From positions 35,385,945 to 35,449,944 of the forward strand of contig NC_057731.1 in the NCBI RefSeq assembly GCF_004010195.1: a stretch of DNA of 64,000 nt, read 5' to 3'. The DNA is from Chiloscyllium plagiosum. Lineage: Eukaryota. Made by a program: the position numbers and the translations under genes. The notes below the pieces were generated by a model that worked only from the letters and a program-made list of their open reading frames with translations, had not been told where the DNA came from and did no database searches. This document shows, piece by piece, positions 50,929-63,377 of this stretch (positions are counted from its first letter, which is position 1; every line of letters starts with the position of its first letter).

Positions 50929-51430
50929 TTGCCTGTCCTCGGATATTGCCTGTCCTCGGATGCTACCTGAATTGCTGTGCTCTTCCAGCACCACTAATCC
51001 GGGATCTGGTTTCCAGCATCTGCAGTCATTGTTTTTACCTCTTTGCCAAGGTTTTGTTGAGTAATGTGAAGGGCCCACAGTTTAGGAGCCTTTAACAAAC
51101 CCACCAATGTACATGCAGATAGTCTCACATCCACCCTTCCTGGCCTCATCAGGCATAGATGCACCAAGGACAAGATAGTTGCCCAAAATAAGGCTTGTAA
51201 TGTGGGAATTTGATGCCCTTGTCCCTGCCTCACACAATGAAAATGATACTTCAGGACTCAGCACTGCAAGACTATCCTGAAAATTAGTTTCTGACCAGTG
51301 TCATGAACTCCACCAACATTATGGCAGGAGTCCCAACTGAATAGTCACAAATTCTTGGGGCAAAATATAATTAAAAAGCAATTTTACTGCGTATGGCACT
51401 TAAATTTTACAATACCTTCAAGCTGCTTAC

Positions 51431-51535
51431 CTTACTTGCAAGTCTCCCAACCTGAGAGGCATGCTCCATCTGCTTCGACTTTATATCCCAATGAAAAACT
51501 GATTTGAATTTTTCGGCTTCCTCGCGGTACTTAAT
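51431..51535 (-). CDS. NRAP: NRAP coding exon 4 (nebulin module)
   Basis: tag|IKYREEAEKFKSVFHWDIKSKQMEHASQVGRLASK|gtaagc; 105 nt. Confidence 0.93.
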
Positions 51536-51906
51536 CTAAGTACAAAAGTTCAGTGGACATTTTATGATATTAGATTTTAAAACTGACTGTATTAGTACTT
51601 GGGAGGATCTAAGCCACAGTTACGCAACTTCTGAGTTCATTATATATTTTTTCTTTATCTTTCCCATCTTTTTACTGCATATTCCTTAATTATTTTTCTT
51701 TTCCCTGTCAGCCTCCTTGAAGTTCAATATTTTCACATCAAGAGCAATCAAAAAATTCTCATCACTTCTCACAGATCGAGTCCTCTCCTCAAATAATATT
51801 GGAATCAAGTTGCATGAGGTAAGGTGAGCCATATTAAACATATATAAATCTATGCTGTGAAGAGAATTCCATGACTTCCCTTAAACTGTCATGCAATTAA
51901 TCCAGG

Positions 51907-52140
51907 GCTGAAAACAAAAAATGCTGGAGATCACAACGGGTCAGGGAGCAACCATGGAGAGGAAGCAAGTTAACCTTTCGGGTCGAGATAACTCTTCATC
52001 AGAGCTGAAGATGAAGAGTCATCTAGACTTGAAATGTTAGCTTGCTTTCTCTCCATGGATGCTGCCTGACCTGTTGTGATCTCCAGCTTTTGTTTTGCTT
52101 TGAGTATATATTCCAGCACCTACAGTAATTTGCTCCTACA
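51907..52140. mobile_element. Penelope-derived hairpin element with two back-to-back degenerate hammerhead cores
   Basis: Arms GCTGGAGATCACAACGGGTCAGG... / ...CCTGACCTGTTGTGATCTCCAGC; centre ACTCTTCATCAG-agctgaa-GATGAAGAGT. Confidence 0.75.
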
Positions 52141-53343
52141 GCTTTACAGGGCTACAAACATTACAAACAGTTTCATCTTGTCCTTATTGTCATCACAATA
52201 AGTAAATCATGGTATCTTGGAGATTAAGTCAAAAAGTTCACACTGCAGTTACCAAAGCAACAAGCTGCAGTTGGACTAAATAAATAATCGTTTAAAGTGT
52301 AGTGTTTAAGTTTTTCACTTCCACAATTCATGCAGTCACTGTAACAAGTACACTTCTCTTTCTCTTGAAATTCTCATTGTCCAAAGGTATGCTAATTCAT
52401 GGTTCATGCTAGATGCCAATGGACAAGGCAAGCTTTAAGAACTATCTGTTGCAACTGGAATTGAACCCACGTTAGATACCATACACTGGCTGTCTAGCCA
52501 CCCAAGCTAACAAATGAAACATCTTCAGTTACTGGTATCAATCAGAATGTGTGTTGGGTAGAGTTACAGGTCTGATTTATCTTCTGTTTTGAAAAGTTAT
52601 CACAAATGAAACCTGGAATTTAAGAACACAATAGGGGAATGGTTTGCGAAATCCCGTATAAAGTTAAAGCAAAATCTGAAATACAAATTTCACCAAAATA
52701 TTGAATTCAACAAGCCAGGACTAAAGTACAATTAAAATGTTGGGCTTTAAGAAGAAAACTAACTTGATAAAATTGATCACAATCAAGTAAAGGAAGTAAC
52801 AATCTCTGTCATACAAACATAATATTGAAAGCAAAACACCCATCTCCGTGCCTGGCAGGACAAGTTAAGATTTCTTTTACAAATAACTATTCAGCTTGCA
52901 GATCTTCAAGACGAGCTTAATAAAGGTCAGTTTAATATAATTATGTAAATTCTATTCGACAACTTTGGACCAATTTGTGACTACGGACGGCAAACAAGCC
53001 TGAAGATTATAATTTTAACCTCGACACGAAGTCAAAGCACAAGCAGCGAGGTGTCACAGTTGCTGTCCAGAAATAGATGTTGCTGTAACAGGCTTCATTC
53101 CAAAGCCTGGTTGTCACCGAGACTAAGAAAATAAACTGAACACTCTATAAACTATAACACAGATATCGGTCGTTTAATCATTAGGTTATTGATAAACACC
53201 GTTTTGTCATCCGAATTGAAGTATTACAACAATATGCTGTATCTAGGACTGAATATTCAGTCGTTTGGTCATGCCCGGTGATCTCTGATGATGTATTATG
53301 AGGAGAATATGCGTTGTGCCCATTTACAGTGCCAGTTACCCAC

Positions 53344-53428
53344 CTCACTGGACTCGCTTTGTTTTTTCACGTTCAGGTTCAGGGGTGTATCTAGTATACT
53401 GGTGAATTTGTTGACTTTAGGATTGTGC
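53344..53428 (-). CDS. NRAP: NRAP coding exon 3
   Basis: cag|(A)HNPKVNKFTSILDTPLNLNVKKQSESSE|gtgggt; 85 nt; restores phase 0. Confidence 0.9.
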
Positions 53429-53773
53429 CTGTGAATTAAAATAAACATTGCCAGCAATTTACAAACAAAAAAGATAATCGAAATAATTTTCTACCAATTT
53501 CATTCAGGTTGTGCAAAGTTCTTCAGACATACAGAGTGCTCCTATTATGAACAATTTCTCGAAGCGCCGTGGTATAAATCCGTACATCTAAAATTAGACT
53601 GCTATGGCACTTTTAGCATCCACTTTTAGTAAAACAAGAAATATTCAATAATCTTGCGCTTTTAATTGTTCAATTTGAATATATTTAAATGTAGATTAAT
53701 ATTGATTGAGTCATAAAATCCCTTTTAATTTTGAGTCTTAACAAAGTTGTCATTAACTTTTAAAATGACTCAC

Positions 53774-53868
53774 GCCTGACAGTACGGTTTCTTCTGGTGA
53801 CTGACAAAATTGTTGACCGTTAAGATCATTTTGCAGACCTCACAGTGGAAACAGGACTTGTGCCAGGT
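53774..53868 (-). CDS. NRAP: NRAP coding exon 2 (LIM domain)
   Basis: cag|TWHKSCFHCEVCKMILTVNNFVSHQKKPYCQ(A)|gtgagt; 95 nt; supplies the H/C zinc ligands of the LIM pattern. Confidence 0.95.
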
Positions 53869-53962
53869 CTGTAGGTAGCAAAATAAACACGTTATTAACT
53901 GGGTCAAACTTCCAGTTTGAAACAAACATTTGACATTTCAAGGAAATTTCAGGATCACTCAC

Positions 53963-54031
53963 TTGGTCTATGCAAACTACTTTCTCAGCGGAATAAACGT
54001 CAAAACCACACCGAGCACACGGTTTATTCAT
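53963..54031 (-). CDS. NRAP: NRAP coding exon 1 (LIM domain start)
   Basis: MNKPCARCGFDVYSAEKVVCIDQ; ATG at 54031 with A at -3; donor GTGAGT. Confidence 0.95.
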
Positions 54032-54139
54032 TTTCAATGAGTAGTTTTGCTGTTCAAAAGTAAACGGCGAAAATTCTCTTCTTTCCTTCCCGTTGGTCTG
54101 TTTCTGATCTATGTTTCTTGTGACCTCGCCTGGATTAGA

Positions 54140-54380
54140 ACCTGCCACCAGCGGGCAGCCCCTTCATTTTAGGATTAATCAAGACCCGCCTTCTCTCCCA
54201 GGCCATTGGATCCAGCCGCCTATTTCTGGGCACTGATCTCCACAACTCCAGTTGACTTTGGTTCCCCAGGGTTGTCAATCACAAAGCTTGTATCAGGTTT
54301 AAGTTTGGAGAGTGACTGGTGCTTAATGCCTCAGTCCCAAAATAGCAATATTCGACTAAATACATCTTGACGTCAGTCAT
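54140..54380 (-). promoter_or_regulatory. Putative NRAP proximal promoter
   Basis: Repeat-free stretch just upstream of the ATG. Contains a GC box (GGCGGG, 54185-54190), CCAAT (54205-54209), MEF2-like CCAGAAATAG (~54220-54229) and a perfect CRE TGACGTCA (54368-54375). The transcription start cannot be read from sequence. Confidence 0.55.
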
Positions 54381-55685
54381 AAGGTGAAAGGGAGCTGACA
54401 ACATATCAATTTGGGTAGTCAACCTTCCAAAATCAAACCAACACTTTGCAGCACAAACTAAAATAAAGGACTGCGGATGTTGGAAATCTGAAACAAGAAC
54501 AGTAATTGTTGGAGAAACTCAGATGGTCTGGCGGAATCTGTTGCGAGAAAAGAATTAACGCTCCGAGTTTAGTGTCCCTTCTTCAGAATTTCTGTTTTTC
54601 TGTGCAGTGTCTTTATTATGGAGTCTCTGTTGTACTCTAAAATATTTTTGCTGTTCAAAGCCACACAAACTATTATACATTATTGTTTGTATGCACATCT
54701 TTAACAATAAAGTAAGTGTATCTCGTAAATCACTTCCTTTCTGTAGCTGTCTATTTGATTCTCAAATGGATATTTTCACAAACGTACAGTCTTGCGTTAA
54801 AGTTGTTATTGAGGAAGTTACGAATATCAGCACACGTCTGCCTTGCATGTCATCTCCACAAAATCAACCTCAAAACATCAGTCATGGCCAAGGATTGAGA
54901 AAGGAAATAAAACTGGCCCCAACATCTCAATAGCTGATGGTATTCAGGTTTTAATATTCTGCAGCAATTTCATCACTACCCTTAAACTTAACCAGCTCCT
55001 TATGTTCAAGGCTTCCAACATTCAAGGCAATGGGCCTATTAGATGGAGAGATAGTGCAGACCTGATGGCCAAAGGGTCTCTTCTGTACTATAGGATTCTA
55101 TGATTCGCCCATGTTAATGACTTAGATAATAGGATAAAAAGTCACACCCAGATTTGCTGATGGTACAGAGATGGATGGTATTTTAAGTAGTGTAGATGGA
55201 AGTACAAAACTACAAAAATGTATTGAGAGTTAAATGAATGAGAAAAATTGGGGCAAATGGATTAAATGTAGAAAAATGGAGGTTGTCCACTTTGAATGTA
55301 CAAGTTATAGAACAGGGTCCTTTCTAAGTGGTGGGAAGTTAAAAATAATGGATGTTCATAAAAACTTGAGGTCTGGGTAAATAGATCACTAAAATATCTT
55401 GACACAGAATACAAACAAAAAGGCTAATGAATGCTCGTCTTTGTATCTAAGTTATTAGGATGCCAGAGGATAGAAGTCATGTTTCAGCTATACAAAGTCA
55501 TGATTAGACCATATCTTGAGGAAGAGAACTGTATCTTAAAAAGTGTATACTGGATTGGAAGGAAGTTGACCAAAATGATATCTGTACTCGAAGCATTAAA
55601 TTACAAGATTATATGAACTGTTCCTCAGAACTTAGAGGATAAAAGGCTGATTTGTTCTAAGTTTTCAAACTATGAAGGGGAACAG

Positions 55686-55890
55686 GAGAAAGTGAGGTCT
55701 GCAGATGCTGGAGATCAGAGCTGAAAATGTGTTGCTGGAAAAGCGCAGCAGGTCAGGCAGCATCCAGGGAACAGGAGAATCGACGTTTCGGGCATAAGCC
55801 CTTCTTCAGGCATAAGCCCCTGAACGTCGATTCTCCTGTTCCCTGGATGCTGCCTGACCTGCTGCGCTTTTCCAGCAACACATTTTCAGC
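55686..55890. mobile_element. Penelope-derived perfect hairpin element with 15-bp TSD and hammerhead core (55778-55810, -)
   Basis: Perfect 68-bp inverted repeat 55720-55787 / 55823-55890; TSD TATGAAGGGGAACAG at 55671-55685 and 55891-55905; minus strand CTGAAGA-A-GGGC-TTAT-GCCC-GAAAC-GTC. Confidence 0.88.
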
Positions 55891-55954
55891 TATGAAGGGG
55901 AACAGAGAATGGATAAAGAAAAACATTTTGCCGATTGGAGGGTACAGGTCAAGG

Positions 55955-56665
55955 CGAATAGATTGTTTGGTTGATTCCTTTATTGTCATATGTACCAAAG
56001 TACAGTGAAAAGCCTTGTTTACTAGCAGTACAGGCAGATCATAGTTAGCAAGGATGTACAGATCATACATGTTACATTGCACAGGGCATGTACTAGGCAA
56101 GATCCACATTAGCAAGTTCAGCACGAATTGAGGCTAGAGAGTCTGTTCATCAGTATAATAACAGCCAGGAAGAAGCTGTTCCTGAACCTGCTGGTGGATG
56201 TGTTCAGGCTTCCATATCTTCAGACTGACGGAAGTAGTTGCAGGAGATCATTACCAGGGTGCAATGGGTCTTTGATGTTCGCAGCCTTTTCATGGCAGCG
56301 AGCCACATAAATGGAGTCCATAGATTGGAGGTTGGCTTCCATGATGATCTGGGCTGTGCACACCACCTTCTGTAGTTTCTTACAATCCTGGGCAGAGCAG
56401 TTGCCATACCAGGCTGTTATGCATTCGGACAGTATGCTTTGAATGGTGCATCTGTAGAAGTTGGTGAGGGTCTGTAAGGACATACCAAATTTCCTGAGCT
56501 GCCCGAGGAAGAGGCATTGTTATGTCTTCTTGACCACTGCATCTACGTGGGATGTCTAGGACAGATTGTCAGTTATCGACACTGAGGAACTTGACACTTT
56601 CTACTTTCTCAACCTCAGTTCCATTGGATGTAGATGGGGACGTGTCCTCCTTTCTTTCTGAAGAA
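55955..56665 (-). mobile_element. Rex1/Babar-like LINE 3' end
   Basis: LTNFYRCTIQSILSECITAWYGNC...LQKVV...DPLHPG; same family as 30240. Confidence 0.75.
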
Positions 56666-59600
56666 TAGTAAAATAATTAGCGCCAAAAGTGAAAATAAGA
56701 AATACTTCTACACAAAAAGTGGTACAGGTTTGGAGCATTTTTCCTCCAAACTAACATTTGTGCTTGTGACTTAATTAAATTTAAATCTGAAATGTTTTTC
56801 ACAACCAAAAGGTGCTAAAGATCGTAGTTGCCTTGCTGATCAGCCATATCTTAATTAAATGATGAAACTGTCTCAAAGGGCAAAACAGACTCATTCTGAT
56901 TCTATATGTTCCTAAGTGATTAATAAAGTTGTTATCTCACTATAAAACTCAAATGACATCAATAATCTATTCAAGCTTGATGTTCATAGTTTGAGATATG
57001 AGTAAAACTCGTTACTCACAAGTGTGTCTAAAATGCTGCACATACATCACCCTTAAATTCTTTCTCAAAGAACCAACAGTAACGATTTTAGAAGTTGAAT
57101 ATCTTTCAACTTCATTATGTCACAATACCTTCACCACTCAGGCTATAATAAATCTTGAAATAAAATGCTAAGTATTCTAAATCTGAGAATGTTAAGAATT
57201 ATAAATTGAATAAAATCACCAGCATCTGTTTTCCATATTATCTAATCAATCTGTTCAGACATGTTTGGAATTGGAGCAGGTAGCACTTGAGCCCAGAGTT
57301 TTCTGGTCCAGAGATCAGAACACTACCATTGTGCCACAAGAGCCCACTCACCGGTAAATGCACCATTTCTAATTAAAAATAACATGATAGACTTTAAATT
57401 ATGACCTAGTTAAAGAACTCAGCTGATGTCCATGACTTTGATTTCATTGTCTGATGTCATCCAAAATTACTGCCTTATTTTCATTGCCTTCCATCTATTT
57501 TTATATGTATATATAGTTAGATTAACATTGCTGTACTTTTAGAAGGGGAGGGTGGAGAGAATAATTGGGAAGACGACAAGTTACTCACAAATCAAGTTTA
57601 CCTGATTGCATAGTGCAAGCATGTATGTTTTGATAGAATCTGCAAGATATAATTTTCTAACCCTGATCTTTAAAATCCTAATATGGTGAATAGTAGTCAG
57701 TCACTTGAAGGTTGTTATTAAAGATTCAGTTTTTAAACAAGTTTTTTTTTCTCCAAAGTGCTTTCAAAAGTTCTGATCAGTATAATTGGAGACGAATATT
57801 GCTTGGTGAGAAGTCAGTCTGAGACCAGCAGAGACTGAGTGACATCTGTGATTCTGCAATATCATTTTGGTGTTTAAGATGTGAGCAACAAAGTTTCAAA
57901 CATCAATTTTGTGAAAGGCAATGCAGACGAACAATCTGTTACTACCTACCTCTTCAGGGAGAATGTACATTTTGGAAACTTGTAAATAGATGATTTGACT
58001 TGAAGCTTGAAGACAATAGATTGTACAAGTAATGTCACTGGGATAATAATTCAGAACTTCCAGCTAATCTTCTCAGTACATGTGGTCATATATCACCATG
58101 CAGATAATAAAACTTAAAGACAATGTTAAAAAGGAATGAAATTTAGCCAGACACCATGTCAATACTTTCAATTGTTATAAACACCAACTCGTTCACTAAT
58201 CTTCCATCCTTACTTGGTCTGGGCCATATGTGATTCCAGACCCGTGACAATGGTATTGCCTCTGGTCAATTAGGTAATAAATGCTATCCTGGCCAATAAT
58301 GTCAAATCCCATGAATGAATAATTAAAAACAAAGTTTGGAATAATATCACAGAAATGCTGCACCAAATCTCTGAAAAAGCCACTAAATGGTGCCATTGCC
58401 TCACAGCCCTGCATTTTTCTTCACTTTTACTGTCATTCGAAACTGCTTATGAAAATTGTTGTCCATAATTAACTGACCCACAGCAACGTCATATTGTCAT
58501 CACTTAAAAGGAAATATAAACATATTCAAAATGGAAGGATGTACAACTTCAAATTCAAAATCCAAAATGTTTAGCCTTTATACCTTCCACAATAACCGTC
58601 CAAGGAATTCTGCAGCTAAGATTTATGTAACCGCATTCTCATCTGCACCTTTGAAACCCTAGTCCCCATTCATACTCTTTCACCCAAATCAATCCTCAAT
58701 TACAGTTGTTATCTGTAAGTGCAAGAGTCACTGGCTTCATTTAATATGGTGGACAATTGATAGAGTCCTGCTCTCCTCTGTCAGGACTGATCAGATTCAA
58801 AGATCACCTGAGAATTAATAGACAACTCTAGACTTATTTCCCCATTTCAAACTACTTTCTTAAAATTCTTTCTCCTGTCTTCTTCAGCCTCACCTCCAAC
58901 AAGTGCAAGGGAATCAGTGACCTCTTTGTCAATATGATGGAGATCCAAACCTCTGTTTCCATCTTTCCCATGGCCATTTGCAGAGTTTGAGTAGCTGAGC
59001 AGACCATCGTCCTCAACTATGGTTCCAGGTTAAGCAAGGCATCGAATTTAAAATTATAACCTTATTTTCATGTTCTTCCATGGTCTAACTCACTTTAATC
59101 TCCACCAATCCTGCAATATTCCAAGGCTTTTGTACTCCTCCAATTGTAGTCTGTTGAACACTTCACATCTTCATTGACCAAGGACCTACCCTCAGCAGAT
59201 TCCCCCCTAAAACTCTCCACCTCTTTTCTTTTGTCCTTTAATAGACTGCTCAAAATGTAGCCTTTTGGCTAAACTTTAATATGCCTTTTGTGACTGGCTA
59301 TTTGATCCTGTTTCATAGTACCGCTGTGAAGTACCTTGTGTTATTTTCCTACGTAAAGATTTGATATTAGATAATCAGGAAATCTTCCTGCAAAGCCAGC
59401 AAAAGACATATGGCCAGACTTGAAAATCGTGCAGTGATCAGCCCATCCAGTTCCTGAGAATGTCTGTGGGTTAGAAGAGCCTAGGATCAGTTCCCATAAT
59501 GAAAACCTTTATGCAGCAGTTATTCAAAAACTATCCAATGATCAGGAGAATTCCTCATTTGTCTTTCAAATATTCAGTAACCATATACTCTAAGACTCCA

Positions 59601-59916
59601 GCCAGTGACAACTGGAAATTTTCTGATGCAAATCCATTCCTAAGTCTACTTTCACGTTTTATTGCTATCTTCTTCTGTTGCTAAATATTGCAAGAGAAAC
59701 AACAGATTTGATGGGTGCAGCTACATTGTTACAATCCTCATTGAAATTGATAACTTAAAAAAAAAAATGGTTATCTTCCAGTGACTGACTGAAAGGATCA
59801 TACAAGATTTCAAGGTTCAAGATCAGTGTTTATTGTCCAGCCCTATTCGCCTTGGAAACGACGGTGGTGAGCCAGCTTTTTGAACTTCTCAAGTCTATTG
59901 CTACACTAACAATGCT

Positions 59917-60460
59917 TGTCACAAAGCTAGTCCCTTTCTTTCTAAAAGCAGTTCCTTGGCTCAAGGAGACTGTCCTTGGTTTTTCTCAGAGGGGCAATAA
60001 ACCGGGCCAGACTCCAATCAGTCTGGTTTGATACAGATGAAAAGGACTTTGAGAGGCCTTTTGTTTGTATGTAAACAGATGAGACTTCAGGCCAAAGTGA
60101 TCATGCTTTAGAAGTGACCTGTATAAAGAGAGGGGAGTGGTCAGCTCTATAGCTGAGCTGAGCAGTTTTAATTCAGTCTTGAACTGGGAAGTTCAATAGG
60201 GAGCAGTGTGGAAACTCTTTTCTGCCCTTCAACTTCAACCTGTAAGCATGTGTCCCATTTATATCTGGTTTTAAAGGGACTTTACTTATTGAGTTGTGTG
60301 TATTCGGAACAGTATAATTAAGTCTAGCTGGATAGGTTGAGTTCTGTAGGGGTTCTTTATTCTGTTCTTTGTGTTTCATTGTGTAATTTTGTGAATAAAT
60401 TTTTGTGAATTTTAAAATCTAGTAGCTATCTTACTTTAGGTAATTTTCACTGTGGCAACA
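59917..60460 (+). mobile_element. Probable solo LTR
   Basis: Begins TGTCAC; TATA-like GTATAAAG at 60121; AATAAA at 60394; interrupts a minus-strand LINE remnant; no clear TSD. Confidence 0.45.
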
Positions 60461-63377
60461 CTGCACTAATACTGGAAGGAGTGAATGTGGAAAATAGTGG
60501 ATGGAATGTCAACAAAGTGAGCTGCTTTGTCCCAGATGGTGTCAAGCCTCCTGGGTGTTGCTGGCAATGGAGTATACTTCATCACATTCCTGACTTGTTT
60601 TGTCAATGGTGGAGAAAGACTGTGGAGCCAGGTCAGATAGACACTGCAGATTTCTCAACTGCAGACCTGCTTCAGCAGCCAATGTATTTGACAGGCAAGG
60701 ATTATATTTTTGGTCACTACTACAGCTTTAAATCTCAGAAATGCTCTAGCATATGTGGAGATGGTTAGATTCTCTTGTTGGAGATGAGCATTGCCAGGCA
60801 CTCATGTGGTGCGAATGTTACGAGCCACATCAGGCTGGATGTTGTCCATGTTTTGTTGTAGGTGGGTTACAGACTGTGTTTAAATACAGTTATACTTGGA
60901 AGCATAGCACCTACACTTACTTATAGCAGACGTTGTGGAACAAAATTTGCTAACTGAGAATCCTGCACTCACTCCCTATCAGAACTGTGGGTATACCTGT
61001 ACCACATGGACCATAGCAGTTCGAGAAAGCAGCTTACCACCACCTTCTGGTGGGCAATTAGCAATGGGCAGAAGTGTGCTGGCCTAGCCAGTGATACCCA
61101 TGTCCCATTTGTGAATTTTTAAAAACGTGATAGACTAAGCATGAGTGAGCCACATTTTTAGTAAGGATCCTATTTCAAAATTCTTACTGAGAGAGAGTGT
61201 TTAACTTGTGTATAGAATGGGATCATAGTAAGAGATCACACCCATATCTGTGAAGTTGCAAACAATGCTAAACACAGTCCAGTGTTCGTCCCAACCTCTG
61301 CCCTTATAACAAAAGGGAAGGTCAATGCTAAAACAGCTCAAAGATCAGCATTTCATCCACTAGCCTAAACATTTCTCTGTTCAGCCATCAATGCACTGCA
61401 GCTGCAATGCATTCCGTCCACAGGGTGTACTGCCACAGTTCACACACACCTTTTTCATCGAGCACGGTGACTACACTCACCATGAAAAACAAAAACAGGG
61501 TCTGCAAGAAAACACCATCACTGTTCAATGTCTCTCTCAGTCAACACTGTCCTCCTAAGGAAATGTGTCATTGCCCCAATATTTGTTGGGTCAGCAACTT
61601 GAAACTCCTGTTTAACAGTATAATAAAGGGACTGACAGCAAGGTACAGAGAAATTTAAGAAGAAAACTCATCACTATTCTTTTCAGGGAGACTAGGCATT
61701 TGTAATAAATACCAGCTTTGGCAGTATGCTGAGAATGATTTTATATAAAGAAAAAAACCATACAGAAACACAGCTGAATGTCTGCAGCTGCATTGCTTAG
61801 TTGTGTCTCATTGTCAGCAGTAGCTTAGTCATGAGTGCTCTCATTTATAAGTCAATTCAAATCCAAGGAATTGAGCACAAAGTTTGGACTAACATTCAAC
61901 TACAAAACTGCTGTGTTGTGGGAGCTCTGTCTTTTGGATGCCATTTAAACCAATAACCCATCTGCTTTATACTTCTGTTTGTTCACTGTTGCTGGGTCAA
62001 AATCCTAGAATTCCCTTCCTTGTGGGTCGACCTACAACACATGGACTGCAGTGGTTCAAGAAGGCAGCTCACTACCACCTTAAGGACAACTAAGCATGGG
62101 AGATAAATGCTGGCCAGCCAGAGGTGCCCACATCCATGATAGTTTAAAAAAAAGAGTAGAAGCAAATCATTCAGCACACTGAGTTTGCTCAGCCAATCAA
62201 TGACATGTTGGGTGATCCGATAATCCTCAATTCTATTTTCCTGCCTTATCCCCATAACTCTTGATTGTCTCACTGATTAAAAACCTGTCTCAGACTTGAA
62301 TATATTGAATGATGAAGCCTCTACAGCCCTCTTCAGTAAAGAAATTCACAGATTCAGTACTCTCAGAGGAAACTCCTAATTTTGTCTTAGATATGTAACC
62401 CCTTGCTCAGATTATGCCCTCTGGTTCTAGAGGGCCTCCCAAAAGAGGTAACAATCTTTTCATATTTACCCTCTCAAACCCTCAAATGGAAAGTTGATTG
62501 AGGTTAGTTGCTCATCCCTACTGTAATTGCCTTTGAATTGAGTGAGTGACTTGCTGAGCCATTCAAGAGAAGGGGAGGTAATCTGACCTTGAGTTGACAT
62601 CCCTAATGAAGATTTCTTGCCATTGTTTCATTGTAATTTGAGAGGGAACTGGAGTCCAAATTATCTTCCATTTTTTTTTGGATGACTACATTTCAAAAAT
62701 ATTCATTAACTGTAAAGTGCTCTGGGAAGTCATTATTTCAATGAAAGGTGCTATATAAATACAATATTCTCTTTCTTTCTCACTTTGCAATTCTAGCACC
62801 TGCTTGACAAATATCAAAAGTTAATATTTCCATAGAAGGCAGTCACAGCAAAACAAAAAAGGATATTGCAAAACAATTTCCAATAAAATACTTTTAAAGA
62901 TAACTATGATAAGACCTTTTACATTTGATACAGTTGAAGCTTTCTGTTCACTCAAAGCCTGGTCTGAATATTTAGTCCAATGCTTCATTACCAGGAGAGA
63001 GTTAGTGAGCGCTGCAGTGACATCAACAGCACGGATTCAATTCCCATACTGGTTGAGGTTACCACAAAGGTCTCTCCTTTTCAACTTCTCCACTTGCTGG
63101 AGGTGTGGAGAGTCTCAGATCAAACCACTACCCAGTCATATAAATCAGATTATGGTAATTTTACTTTTCACTCTAATAAGAGTTTTAAAATGCACTGTCC
63201 AATCAAAGCAGGAGTTTTCAGACTGAAATTTTCTGAATACTTGCTTATATGATTGTATTTCCATTTAGTAACAGGTAAATTCATTACCAGCCCCACAGCT
63301 TTAAAATTCCCATTACAGATTCACTTGATTCTAGAGTAGCAGCATAATCATCAGTTTGAACAAATTAGTGCCTACAC

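Larger units (their letters stand above)
50273..51040 (+). mobile_element. 5'-truncated Penelope-like element with 14-bp TSD (spans gap)
   Basis: 50297-50442 closely matches ~63475-63610. TSD CTTTGCCAAGGTTT at 50259-50272 and 51041-51054. The 3' pLTR carries a hammerhead core. Confidence 0.85.
1006..54031 (-). other. NRAP: NRAP gene span (5' part, 21 coding exons; continues beyond the left edge)
   Basis: The exons below splice in frame with GT-AG boundaries into an N-terminal LIM domain followed by ~35-aa nebulin modules (S[DE]xxY[KR]). NRAP-type motifs are present: GKGSFPAMITPAY, LKYSSVTDTP, WMKGVGW, YSISKDEPLF. Confidence 0.96.
55100..56910 (+). mobile_element. Old CR1 remnant hosting nested insertions
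   Basis: FADGT-like codons at ~55153; MFQLYKVMIRPYLE; interrupted at 55686 and 55955. Confidence 0.6.

Noticed and set aside
1006-54031. Calling the gene NEB, NEBL or LASP1
   Set aside because: An N-terminal LIM domain combined with many modules and super-repeats, plus NRAP-type motifs, fits NRAP. Nebulin lacks this LIM start, and LASP proteins have only 2-3 modules.
54032-54148. In-frame 39-codon N-terminal extension of NRAP (ORF 53840-54148)
   Set aside because: Starts at GTG with no ATG. The ATG at 54031 matches the family start and has good context, so this is most likely 5' UTR.
54400-63370. Exons of an upstream neighbour gene (CASP7 is adjacent in mammals)
   Set aside because: No caspase-like or other host coding exon was recognisable; the ORFs here are short and repeat-derived.
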